Shown here: positions 39,209-52,130 of the stretch, in pieces | Position numbering within the stretch: the stretch's first letter is position 1 | How the letters are laid out: each line of letters opens with the position of its first letter | NCBI RefSeq assembly: GCF_006345805.1 | Contig: NC_043013.1 | Coordinates: forward strand, 26,536,001-26,600,000 | Length of the DNA stretch: 64,000 bases | Reading direction: 5' to 3' | Origin: Octopus sinensis | Lineage: Eukaryota | The notes under the pieces: model-generated | The model's input: the letters and a program-made list of their open reading frames with translations, nothing else | Told to the model about the DNA's origin: nothing | Databases searched by the model: none | Position numbers and translations under genes: made by a program

Positions 39209-40823
39209 GTAAGTATTTTCATTTTATCCGCTTGTTCCTTGAGGCAAGACTAATTATAGCCTGCTTCATTTTGTAAGAATGAGCTTGTAGTTTGTGGACA
39301 TAATAATTTCCAATTCTTCTGGGTCAGCAGTTTTATTAATACTTACATTGATTACGATTGAAAATTTTCTTTTTAAAAATTTAGTTACCTCTTTTGTGTT
39401 AATATTGAATTTGTTGAAATTTGAATGATTTCATGGTGAAATAAAATGCAAAGCTGATACTAAGACTTGAGATTCCCTTTTGGGATTGTTTTGCCTTTCA
39501 AATTTCTGTGACTCATAAAGTAATTATTATTAGTAATGTAATTGAATTAGTTTTAATTAACTCAGCCTATTCCATACAGGAATTGAGCTGTATTTTTAAT
39601 CTGAATGACTGAAAAAGAAGTGTCAGTGCTTAAGTTTTGAGTTCAAATCCCATCAAAGCTGACTTTCCTTTTTCTATTTGTAACCCTAACCAACAATTGC
39701 CTGTAGATTGCAAGAGTGATTTCCCATTAGTTGTTTTGCTGTAACTTATACCATTATTGCTGTTGTATGAAATAAGTACTGGAATACTATGTATTCTATC
39801 AGTATATAGTTACATTTCTTTCTGCTCTGTGTTCATATTCTTCTGGGGACAACTATGTCTTTCATCTCTCTGGTGTTGCTTATAGAAATACTAGCATGTG
39901 CTTTATTTGATTTAATAGAATTCATTGCTAAATATTTGAACCTCATATCAATGAAAGAAATCATTTTTGTATATCCCTGTGACATACACGGTCCATGTGA
40001 CAGATATTCTTTGATACATTTGTAATTCACTATACATCAATAGCATTGTTACTAAATTATCTATGATTATGTGGATATTTTAGCTTTGTTGTAAAAATTA
40101 TTTTTAAAGAGACAGCAATAGTAGAAAAGTCATGAACACATTTTGAGGATATAGAATCATAGATTTAGGGATTCTGATGTAAATGTTGTAGTTGTAAGTA
40201 AAAGGAAAATAATGTGAAAATCTAAAGCAGTTGTAGAAGTCCCAAAATGATATCAGTAAACTAGTGTTATGAAGCTGACTTGGTTAATGCATTTTTGTAA
40301 AGAGTTGCTGCTGGTAAAGCTGGCAACCAAAGAGGATTCTTATCTTGATAAAGATACTGTAATCTGACTGTTGTCAGTAGATACAGTGATAAATACAGAA
40401 CAAACACTGTGAAGTTGTGTACTATTTTATCAGCTTACAGTGTTATGCTCAAGCTTAGTTCTTACTGACAAGTTAGTGGAGAGAGTAGGTAAACTGAGTT
40501 AGGGACCTGGTTTAAGTTTTTGGTTGTTGCTAAAGCTTTTGGCTATGAAATGGGCTTTGCTCCTTTTGTTTCCTGACTTCACAATTCTAAGCTTTGTATG
40601 TACCTGAACAAAGCTGTGGGAAACCAATTCAAAATATTTGTAAACAAAGATTCAAAACTGCTGAAAGCTGGAAATATAATGTTTTAAACAAAAGATATCT
40701 GAAGATTGCAACTGGATGTGAAAACAGTAATGAGTTATAATTTATTACCATAAAGTGGTGCCTTTCACTGCAAGAAATATTTATAATTAAAATTTTTTTT
40801 TTTTTTTAACAATCATTATTCAG

Positions 40824-41116
40824 AAAGTGCCAAGCATACTTTATCTGAGACCACAAATGACACTTCAAGTGGTGGTGCTGAGTCTGCCATTGAGAACGTC
40901 CCCACCGATGACAACAGTTCCACAATAGAAATGCTAGAAAAGCAGTTGTTACACCAGAAAAACTGGGCAATGGAATATAAAGTACGAAATAATGAGCAAG
41001 AAAAAGAAATGAAGGCTATGAAGAAAAACTACAGTGAGAAAATAAAGGAGTTAGAAGAGAAGTTGGCAGCTAAAGAGAAACACCATGTTAAATCATCTTC
41101 AAAATCCGGTTCTAAG
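40824..41116 (+). CDS. TAX1BP1: Coding exon 10
   Basis: attcag|aa...aag|gtttgt; phase 1-0; open throughout. Confidence 0.8.
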
Positions 41117-41496
41117 GTTTGTGAATGGCCTCTCTCACTCTCCAACTCTATATTTCATTTAATATGCATGTGTGTGTGTGTATAAATAACAAAAGTACAG
41201 ATAGAGAAAATCACATCTTTAATTGTAGAATTCCTCCCTTACAAAGCTGACTGTTGTTTCTGTAGTGTTAACATATTTAGATATAGAAAATATCATTGAA
41301 GTTAATATTTCAGAAAATACATGTTAACACGTTTTCAAGGTGATCCAAATTTTATTAAAGTCAAAGTGAACACACACACATGCACACACAATTGATATTA
41401 TATAAATATATTTTGTGTACAAAATTTTTAGACAATCTCAAATTCAATTAATAATGCATTTAATCTTTTCTTCCTTTTTAAAAATTGTTTTATTAG

Positions 41497-41836
41497 AACA
41501 AAAAGTTATCAGCTTCCAAAAATGCACCAGTAACAGTTTCAAGATCAAAACCTGCTAATGTGTTCCCTCCGTTACCTGGGCAACATTCTCCTCTGTTGTA
41601 TGGAAATCCATATACCAGCCCATCACCACATGATCACAGCAAACCTGGTTATCCTGCACGCCTGGTTCAACTACCAATGCCTAATTTCTGTGAAACGCCA
41701 GACACTAAGCCATTTGACCCAATAACATCTGAGAATACCATAGAGAAATCAACAGAAAATTTGCCACTCCCTATAGAACCGACTGTTCTACCTTCTGCTA
41801 AAGCAGCAGCAGTAAAAGCAGCTTGTTCGACAAATG
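41497..41836 (+). CDS. TAX1BP1: Coding exon 11 (Pro-rich, LLYGNPY motif)
   Basis: attag|aac...atg|gtaagt; phase 0-1. Confidence 0.85.
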
Positions 41837-42600
41837 GTAAGTTCCCCTTCTTCTTCCTCCTCCTCCTCATCATCATCACCATCATCATCATCATTATCAC
41901 CATCATTTAATGTCTATTATCCATGTTGGCATGGGCTGGATGATTTGACAAGAGTTTGCAAGCTGGAGAGCTGTACCATGGTTCAGTTGTCTGTTTTAGC
42001 ATGGTTTCTATGGCTGGATGCCCTTCCTAACACCAACCACTCTACAGAGTGTACTGGGTGCCTTTTATGTGTCACTAGCATGGGTGCCTTTTATGTGTCA
42101 CCAGCACAGGTGGATTCACATGTCACTGGCAGTAGGTCATGACCACACTTTCACTTAGCTTGATGCGTCTTCTCAAGCATAGCAAATTGCCAGAAATCTT
42201 GGTCATGTGTCATTGCCTGTGTGAGACTCAACATCTGAAGATCACATTTCACCACTTTGTCTTCCTGGGTTTATCTCTTACACAGTTTCCTTCTTCAGTT
42301 AGAGATTGGCACTTCTTTATGCACTCTGTTCCTATGCATCACAGGTCATATCATCTCCAAAGGAAAAAAAAAAGAAAGAAAGAAAAACCAAAAGTTTCCA
42401 ATTTGTGAGGTGATACTTATGGTCTTCCTAATCATCAATTGATTAACATTGGTTTCTGTTTGTTGTGTTGCCGGTCACAAATTTATCCATAGAGGCAGGA
42501 CTGCATGGTTAAGATTCTTGCTTGGTTTTCGGTTTAGTCCCACTGCACAGCACCTCTAGCCTCAAGCTGACTAATGCCTTGTGATTGAATTTGGTTGATG

Positions 42601-42645
<45 letters not shown>

Positions 42646-43290
42646 CATGTGTGTGTACCCTGTCCACCATTACAGCTTCACAACCAATGGTTCTTTGCTT
42701 ATGTCCCCATAATCTAATGATTTGGCAAAAGAGATTGATAGAAGTACCAAACTGAAAAATAGGTACTGGGGTCAGTGTGTTTTACTAAAAACCCTTCAAG
42801 GCAGTGCCCCAGCATGGTTGCAGGCCAATGACTGAAATATAATATAATAATGAAATTATTGTATACAGTGCTCAGGTGCACCACAACTTGTCAGAAAGTG
42901 CATATAAAGTACACGCAGTAATGTAGAAATGTCTGTATAAAAGATGCAGTTAAAAATGCAGCTATTTTAATGTCAGTTTCCTTCAAGATATTATTACATT
43001 CACAACGCTGACTTCCACTTTTGTTTTCTCCCCTCATTATTTATTCATTTATTTTTTCCACAGTTGCTTGCATCAAAATCTGTTGTACATCTATGAATCA
43101 ATCCCTGATTTGCTTCACCATTCACGCCATCACTAATTTATTTCATTGTAAAGACTTATCTCCCTTACTAACGCATTCCCACTCCCTTGTGCGGGAAGTT
43201 TTCTAACAATGTTTGAAACATGCAAAAGACATTAATTATGTGTTTGTTTTTTTTCTTTTCTTCTTATTTTATTTCTTATTTGTTCCACAG

Positions 43291-43375
43291 ATAAATCTTC
43301 TATTGAACCCCCTGTTCATTTATTTGAACCCACTGACACCGTTGCTGACGGAATTGAAATTATTGGTACAGAACA
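43291..43375 (+). CDS. TAX1BP1: Coding exon 12 (85 nt)
   Basis: ttccacag|at...ca|gtaagt; phase 1-2, needed to bring the zinc-finger exon into frame. Confidence 0.8.
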
Positions 43376-43615
43376 GTAAGTATCACGAACTTCATTAATT
43401 TTTTAATTATCAACAATGCTCAAATAGAATGTTTATTAATTGCTTTTCTTCTACTGACTACAAACAGTATATCTTACTATTTTCTATGGTTGTTGCTTAT
43501 CAATGCTTGTCTAAATGATTGCAGATAATCCCAATTGATCACTCTGTCTACAGTGAATTAAACCTGTAGATTTACTGATTTGGAAAGATATGATTACGGT
43601 TAAGGTAGTGCTTAA

Positions 43616-43835
43616 CCCTTTTGATACCAAGATGCTCGAGACTGCACTGGCTGTATGGTACAAACCTCTTGTTTTAAAGTGATTTAAATCAACACTTCCC
43701 ATCAAAGTTTCATGTTAATTTATGTTCCAAGCATCAGATGAATAATGATGAAATTATTTTATTAAATTCTTCATTACTTTCAAAATAATTAATATAAAGG
43801 CAATACTGAAAAATGGTAAATTCAGTGTTAAAGGA
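43616..43835 (-). mobile_element. piggyBac-type MITE, diverged, inverted relative to the 44483 copy
   Basis: TTAA|CCCTTTTGATACC end; internal similarity to 44483-44702. Confidence 0.55.
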
Positions 43836-44482
43836 TAACCCAAGGAACTCGTGATTTTTAAGGGAAATTGTGACAGTTACTTTTTTCAAAATATGTCTGT
43901 AGTATAAGTGGAGGGGATGTAAGAGGGTTTCAGATGAAAATAACAACAAAAAAAAGAAAGAAAAAATGTTTTATTTTGACACAAGGCTGTAGAATTTTAG
44001 GAAAGGTGTAATTAGGGATAATTGCCCAGGTATATGTAGTGAGTGATGAACAAAAGTTTTGGTATGGTTGATGGAAAATATTAATGTGGAGAGGGAAGAG
44101 AGAGAACTAAGTGGTTCAGGAAAGAGATGGCGACAAGGAAGTGGGTATGTACAGTGACTTAGATGGAGGTTAGTGGTACATAAGAGTGGAGGTAGTGAGT
44201 GAGGCAACAATGGAGGTGGGTATCAAGGGTGGGCATTGAGTGTGATAGTAGATATGAAAGGTGTGTCAAGTATGGTACACCTAAGAGGAGAGAAGAGATA
44301 ACTGAAGGTATAGAAATGGGAGTGATCAGTGAAAAATAGTGTGAGGACGGGGTTGATAAAGAGAATGAGAAATGAATGTTAATAGGAAATGGTTCCAGGG
44401 AAAGACAGAGATAACTGGAATGTGAAAACGTGGGGATGAAATATGTGCAACACAAAAAATTGAGCTTCAGTTTTGCATTTAA

Positions 44483-44702
44483 CCCTTTCATTACTGTATT
44501 TATTTTGAGATGCTCTGTATTTCTTTCAGTTACTTTAAATATAACAAAGAAGTTAGTAAAATAACTTAGTTATTATTCAGCTAGTGTTAGGAACATAAAT
44601 TGTGAGTAAGGTTTGGTGGAAGATTTTAATTCAGAACTTATGAAAACAAAACATTTGTACCCAGAGCCAGAGCTGGTTTCAGCTGGGTTTGTAATGAAAG
44701 GG
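44483..44702 (+). mobile_element. piggyBac-type MITE
   Basis: TTAA|CCCTTTCATTAC...GTAATGAAAGGG|TTAA. Confidence 0.8.
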
Positions 44703-44858
44703 TTAACTTACCAGAAGTAAATGATGTGTGTTTTATATGTTTGTGTGTGCATACATAGCATTAAATTTTAGGAAAATCTTGAATTTATTGTTTTATTTAA
44801 GCCTTTATTTAAAATTCTGATGTAGATATAAATTTTCTTGTTTACCTCTTGTTTTCAG

Positions 44859-45069
44859 ATCTGTCAAAGGTCTTGAAGAAGAAATGCGAATCTGTCCCAG
44901 ATGTGATGAATCATTTTCAAATGATGTAAGTGAGAGTGAATTCAGTGAACACATAGCAAACCATTTTGGACGGGTTTGTCCAATTTGTAAAAAAGTCACA
45001 GATGATGATGTATCGCAGGATATGTATGAAAATCATGTTTATGAGTGCATTAAAAGGGAATGTAATTAA
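44859..45069 (+). CDS. TAX1BP1: Coding exon 13 (two UBZ-type zinc fingers, stop codon)
   Basis: tttcag|a; CPRC-x15-HIANH and CPIC-x15-HVYEC; TAA at 45067-69. Confidence 0.9.
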
Positions 45070-45866
45070 GGGACCAGTAATTTGATTTTCAATCAATTCC
45101 CAATTTTGCCTTGTTGTTTGTATCAGATTTTTGATGAATTGTAACCTAGTGATATTTAAATCCTGCCAGAACCAACATCTTTCACCCTTCCAGTGAAGGT
45201 GAAGTACTGGAGTCAATTTAGACACAAGACTTCCAGAAATTTCAGATTGAAGCGGGATGGCTTGCAGTTCATTATATTGACTCCAATACTTGACTGGTAC
45301 ATGTTTATTTTATTTACCCCAGGAGGGTATCACAGTGATAACACATTTTTCTCTGTTGGTGAAAAAAAAATTTTTCAAATGTAGACAGGTTATGAATTTC
45401 ATGTTTAGAAGTTGAATTTAATTGTAGGTATTCATCAAAACCTGGTAAATAACCAGAAATTCAAATTGAATAATTTTTATAGAAAGAAATTTAAAATATA
45501 AGTGCAGAGGAGTCAATATATTTATTAGAATATTCAGTTAATATGGCTAAGCAAGTTAATTAGAAAAAAAAACAAAACATATTTACCTGACTTCTTAAGA
45601 ACACCTTTAGAATCTAACTAAATTGATTTGTTTTTGCTATTTTGCTTTTCTTAACATTCTACTGAGAAAGCTTCAGAAATAATATATGTTTTCTATATAC
45701 AAATATCACAGAACAATTAAAATATTCTTTGAGTTTTTTCTGCCTTTTTTTTTTTTTTGTGATGCTTATTAATATTTCTGCAATATTTTATTAAATCAGT
45801 ATTCTGCTCATGTCCTGTACAATTTCTTTCATTTAGGGTAATTATTCCCATTTAATTTGTATTATG

Positions 45867-45872
45867 AATAAA
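45867..45872 (+). terminator. Candidate polyadenylation signal (second candidate at 46373-46378)
   Basis: AATAAA ~800 nt after the stop codon, followed by T-rich sequence. Confidence 0.4.
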
Positions 45873-47392
45873 AGTGCTTTTTGGCATTTACTGTAATTTG
45901 GTCACTTTTTTTTTCTAAAGTTCTTCATTCCTTCCATAATCTCAAACTTGCTCTTTTTGTTGCTTGATATATGGCATTATAATATAAACAAAACTGAGCC
46001 TCAAACATGGAAACTATTTTATATTTTGACATGTTCTATATTTTTACTTTCTTGTTTTTCTCATGCTTGATACTTATCTATTTAAAAAATATTCCAGTTG
46101 CCTCATTGTACTTTTTAGAGTTGGCAAAAACCAATGGTGGAGTTTCTAAATAGCAAATCTCTCTCAAGTCACACCATATACTGCCTTTTAAAAAGAACAC
46201 ATAGGTTAATGTAGTTCAAGATATACTATTCTTGAAAAAAGGATAGGATGGTCATAGGTGGATACTTATGATCATAGGTCAGCTTAATCAAGGCTAATCT
46301 GGGACTACACAACAGCAATAACAAAAACAATTGTTTCTGTTATTCTAATGAACACTAAGCATGAGCTGCTTTAATAAACCTCTTAATTACAATCATCCTC
46401 TTTGCTATGGAAGCATTGCATTCCCAAGACTCTTACCGTAATGTAGAATTCCACCATGTAAGAAGTGAATTCAATGGTGAAAAAGGCTTCACATTACAGA
46501 AATGCATGTCCTGGCAATAGTTTCAGAGAACTCAATGCTTCCATAATACAGGGGATGTCTATTACACAAAAAATTGTGTAAACTCTATTGAAATACTTAG
46601 AGAACACATAGCTGCCCATTTTAGTTTATATGTTCTCAGCAAACTTACCACCAGATGCATCTTGCATTCCCTTGTTATTCTACTTAAGACTGTACCAAGG
46701 AAAATCATTTCAGTTAATTTAAGAGCATTCCATTTATGAATAGTGATCAACATTCCAAATATAGCATTTTTCTTTTTTCCCTGTCAGTGGCATCTTTTAT
46801 TCATTGCTGACATGGGTCAAGCTTGTAACTCTATCTGATTAATATTTTCGCTTTTGAGTACTTATTAAACTGAGAATGGAACTGATTTGCAGCAAGGAAA
46901 CACTGAGGCAATGTTCCTTGATGATTCTAGTGTGATTTTCTTTCATTATGTGAGATAATAAGTCTATAATAAGTCATTCTGTGTCTATTAATGACGACGC
47001 TCTTACATTTACATTAGTTGATGTAAATTTTGTGTATGTATGTGTGTGTATGTATATATATATATATATATATCGTAAAGCGGATGCTAAACGATGATGA
47101 TGATGATGACATATATATGAGTGTGTGTGTGTATACACACTTTTATTAAAGCTGGATAACTGTCACAAAAACTGTTACTCAGAGTTTCATGTTCCTCTTT
47201 GTTGGACAGTTGTGAACTGTCCGACAAATGTGAACATGAAACTCTGAGTAACAGTTTTTGTGACAATTTTGTAGCTTTAATAAAAGCATATTACTCTACC
47301 CTTGGTATTGGAGTACTATTTTTTCCACCTTGTTTTGCATTTATGTGCTCGCCTGTGTGTGTATATATATATATATATATCATTTAATACAC

Positions 47393-47513
47393 AGTATAAA
47401 GATACGAGCTGCTAATAGTTTCATGCACTGGAGATGCAGTCTAAGCAGGTTTTAATAAAAGATGCCTTGTATCTCCAATGCATGTAACTATTAGTAGCTC
47501 ATATCTTTATACT
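47393..47513. repeat. Hairpin with ~46-bp arms
   Basis: agtataaagatacgagctgctaatag...gagatgca / tgtatctc...ctattagtagctcatatctttatact. Confidence 0.8.
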
Positions 47514-47610
47514 CTGAATTAAATGATATTTATGTCACTGGATGGAGTACTTTATTTTTGCTGATCTTACCCTAATTGAAAAGTAAACTATATATATATA
47601 TATAAAAACG

Positions 47611-47656
47611 AGGAAATAGTGGCACAACAAGGTACCTTGTTGTGCCATTATTTCCT
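47611..47656. repeat. 46-bp palindrome centred on GGTACC
   Basis: aggaaatagtggcacaacaaggt|accttgttgtgccattatttcct, one G-T mismatch. Confidence 0.9.
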
Positions 47657-47912
47657 ATTTATAATTCTACCTTTACAGTGATTTATTCCACTGGAAAAGG
47701 ATACTTTTTTATTGTAATAATATCTATATATAATGATGATGATGAATATAATAATATCTATATATATGTATAGAGGAAAAATTGAAAAAGGAGACAAACA
47801 CTGAGGATGCATTCAAAATACATCCAACAGGAAGAATTGTGGTCAGCTATGCATCAATCTCATCAGAAAAGATATAAACAACCACACTCATCAAATAGAC
47901 ATTTTTACAGAT

Positions 47913-48006
47913 ATATCTTTCCTGATGAGATTGATGCATAGCTGACTATAATTCTTTCTGTTGAACGTATTTTGAATGCATTAACCGAAACATATGTAGA
48001 AGATAC
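47913..48006 (+). ncRNA. Type I hammerhead ribozyme motif preceded by its own antisense arm
   Basis: TATCTTTC-CTGATGA(47922-28)-GATTGATGCA...TGCATTAACC-GAAA(47987-90)-CATATGT-A-GAAGATA; GUA site after 47998; 47807-47876 is the reverse complement of 47912-47981. Confidence 0.75.
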
Positions 48007-48679
48007 GAAGATATAAAAGTTTTAATAACATCCTAGCATTTGTCTCCTTTTTCAATTTTTCATATTTTCTCCTAAATACAACTTGCTTATCCTAGAATCA
48101 AACCACACACGAGTGTGATCATTATTTCCTAGGACACTTAAGCAACATTTATCAACCTTGTAATTATTCCCCTGGATCTTTCTTATATAAATATATATAT
48201 ATATATATGAATTGTTAAATATCTTTGTTAAACCCAAAAGATTACAAGTAATAAAAATTAATAATACAGATAAAGAATTAGTTATATTACCTGATACTTC
48301 AATACTTCAGGTTAAGACTCCTTTCTCTGGAAATTAGCACCCTTTCTCAGTAAATTTCTGGAAGTAGGGTTCCTAACCCTGAAATATTGAAGTATTTGGT
48401 AATAGTACTAACTATCGACTTGTTTTATTAATTTATCATAATTTGCATTGTTTTGGCTTTAAAGGAATATTTAAAGCATTTATACATATCTGACATGAAA
48501 GCTATACTACTCCAACATACAGGCATGTATGTGTGAGTTGCATGGTAATCTTATGAAGTTAAATCTTACTTGGAATAGTGTGGGGCAAAACATATCTACA
48601 TTTATTTGTGTGCGTGTGTGATGTTTATATGAATGTGTAAACATACATATGTATGTGTATCCATATATATGTATGTATG

Positions 48680-48719
<40 letters not shown>

Positions 48720-48902
48720 TGTATGTATGTTTATAGATTAGAGACAGGTATTCTCTGATAGAATACGCATTGTAGTGCTCAAGAGATCTAAACTTGAGCA
48801 GGTAGAGAAGTAAATGTTAGGACAAGCAGGTTAGGTAAGTCAATATAAGAAGAATATTGAATATATTTATATAAAAAATGTACATATATGTATATATATA
48901 TG

Positions 48903-48952
<50 letters not shown>

Positions 48953-49229
48953 TCTGACTTTCACAGAATGGCAATGATATCAGCAATTAAATGTGTTGCA
49001 TAAGAGTTTTACGAGTCCACAGCAGTTTTATATATATGTATCACTATATAATATATATATAATTGACTATATATGTATATATTGTTTGTAGAAAAGCAAC
49101 TCCAGACAGGAGGCACTCTTTAAGATGTAGAGTAGTTAATATTAAAGTATTATAATTTTGAAGAGGTCTTAGGCCAACATGTTTGGAGTCTGACGATATA
49201 CGATAGGAACGAACCCCTTATGTGTGGGA

Positions 49230-49461
49230 AACATGTTTGTGTATGCATATGTATGTGTATATATACATATGCATGCATATATATATATACATATATATAT
49301 GTATGTGTATATATATATATATATATACTTATATATGTGTGTGTGTGTATGTATATATATATGTATTTATATATCTGTATCTATATATAGTTATATATAC
49401 ATGTGTATGCATATATAAATGTATATATATGTGTATATATATGTATATATGAATGTATATA

Positions 49462-49500
<39 letters not shown>

Positions 49501-50244
49501 AAATGTATGTATGTACGTATATATATATATATATGTATATATAATAATATATATATATATGCACGTATATATGTATATATATGTGTGTGTACATATATGT
49601 ATGTATATATATATATATGTATATGCTCAAAATATAGATTAGAAAAATTGCTGACAACTGATGAACGATCTTTCTTTGTGTTGTTTATCTTGTTTTCAAT
49701 TTGTTTCTTTCATTTATATATATATATATGTCCATATGTATGTGTGTAAGTGTATGTATATATATATACATGTATTTGTGTCTATATATACATATAAGTA
49801 TATATAGATGTACATATATATATATATGTGTGTATATATATATACACACACACACACATATATATATGTGTATATATATATATATGTGTGTGTGTATATA
49901 TATGTGTGCGTATATATATGTATGTGTGTATATATATATATATATATTTACATATATATATATATGTATATATATTTACGTATATATATGTATGTATATA
50001 TTTACGTATATATATATGTATGTATATATATATTTACGTATATATATATATATGTGTGTATATATATATGTGTGTGTGTATATATATATATATATATCCT
50101 TCTTTCCTTCTTTCCTGAGCGTCCAATAATACTATATTTGTTCCACGTCCTCACGTTTTTTTTTGTGCTTTCATGTTTGGATTAACTATATATATATATA
50201 TATGTGTTTACGCATGTATGTATATATATATATAAATATATGTA

Positions 50245-50295
<51 letters not shown>

Positions 50296-50390
50296 TATAT
50301 ATATATATATATATGTGTATATATATACCTATATATATATATAAATATATGTATATATACCTATATATATATATATATATATTATATTAT
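49230..50390. repeat. Large compound TA/TG microsatellite field with embedded repeat fragments
   Basis: Direct reading; similar field at 51500-52160. Confidence 0.9.
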
Positions 50391-51480
50391 ATTAAATTAG
50401 AGATAAAACCACTATTAGGCAAATCAAACAATGAAAAACATAAGCCAATACATAAAATTAATTAATTTATATTATTTTAAATATATATCAAAAGTATTAA
50501 AAGTTTAATAAAAGATAAAGAGTAAAACACTACGATCGTTTCATGGCTGTACAATTCGTTATAATTCGAGTTATGGTTACAGTCAATCTTCAGGTTAATT
50601 GAAATATCTAAAATATAATCAGAAATATTTAAACAATATTTTTAAGATATAAATAATATAATAATTTTACTTATAATAAACTCTATTATCAAACTAGAAA
50701 CATAAAACTTAACAATTATGATTATATCAAAATCGACTATAATGTTAAATATTAATTTTAATTTATAATGTAGGAAACCCACCAATAATCTAATATCGGT
50801 ATTAGTCTATATCTAATTACATAAATATTTAAAAATGACTAATATATATAAATTATCAATGAAAATATATAAATGTATATAAATATTAAGATCTAAAATA
50901 ATCTCTATAAATAAATATATATGCACATATAATAAAAACCTAATAAATTAATTTTTCATATTTAAAGATGAAATAGCTAATTTCAAAATACAAATAAACA
51001 AACTTAAACGAACTTTCGGAAATCTTATGTAAAATACTTATAGAAATAATCAATTCGTAGTAATATAGTATCGAATAAATACTATAAATATAATTATCAT
51101 TGGGAATAACTAGCGAATATCAATTTAAAGGAATAACTAAGTTATGCTATTAAATTAGATATGGCCTGGACCAATCTTTAGTCGAAACATATCTAAGTTT
51201 ATCAAAGTTTATCTAATTTAATTATATATTTAAAACTACAATTAATACTATTAAAACATGTATATACAAAAGCCTAACTTAGTACACCTCGTATGCTTGC
51301 TATCAAATAACAAATCTATCGCTAAGTAGTATCTTACGAATAAACTTAAATTTAATATCTAATAATATAGAAAATTATGATAATTAGATCATTACATAAA
51401 CAACGATATTTATGTAAGGAAAATATTATTACACCAAAGACTTATACAATATTAAAATTTACAATTTGAAGATCTTAAAT
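50390..51480. mobile_element. Heavily decayed Penelope-like element remnant with a minus-strand hammerhead-like motif
   Basis: Minus 50531-50593: CTGAAGA...CTGTA/TACAG...GAAA-CGATCGT-A; weak + strand similarity to a PLE RT thumb (CIYKSLT*YTSY...SILRI) near 51256-51345. Confidence 0.45.
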
Positions 51481-51804
51481 ATAAATAAATACTTATCTTA
51501 CATATATTTACATATATATGTATGTATATAGACATATTTGCGTATATATATGTATGTGTATATATATATTTACATATATATATATGTATATATATTTACG
51601 TATATATATGTATGTATATATTTACGTATATATATGTATGTATATATATATGTGTATATATATATATATATATGTACATATCTCTCTATATATATGTATA
51701 CATGTATATATATGTCTGTATTTATATATGTATAGATATATATATGTTTTACGTGATTATTTCTTTTCTTACTCTGTGTCTATATCATGGAGCAATATCT
51801 GAAG

Positions 51805-51844
<40 letters not shown>

Positions 51845-52045
51845 ATGCTCGAAATATAGATTAGAAAAATAGCTGACAACTGATGAAGGATTGTTGTTTG
51901 CCTTGTTTTCGATTTGTTTCTTTCATTGTTCTCAAAAAAAGCTCATATTCCACATCCACGTACTTTGTAGTTTTTGTTGTTTGTTTTGTGACGTCCTGTG
52001 CCACATATCCATATGTATATACATATATATATAAGTATGTACATA

Positions 52046-52076
<31 letters not shown>

Positions 52077-52087
52077 GTATGTTTATA

Positions 52088-52130
<43 letters not shown>

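Noticed and set aside
39833-40030. Possible extra exon or minus-strand ORF in the intron
   Set aside because: No splice sites; the gene model is in frame without it
40695-40730. CTGAAGA...GAAA
   Set aside because: No stem II or helix III pairing; chance match
50400-51480. Possible mitochondrial insertion (NUMT) because of AT richness
   Set aside because: No recognisable mitochondrial gene or rRNA motif; a Penelope remnant fits better
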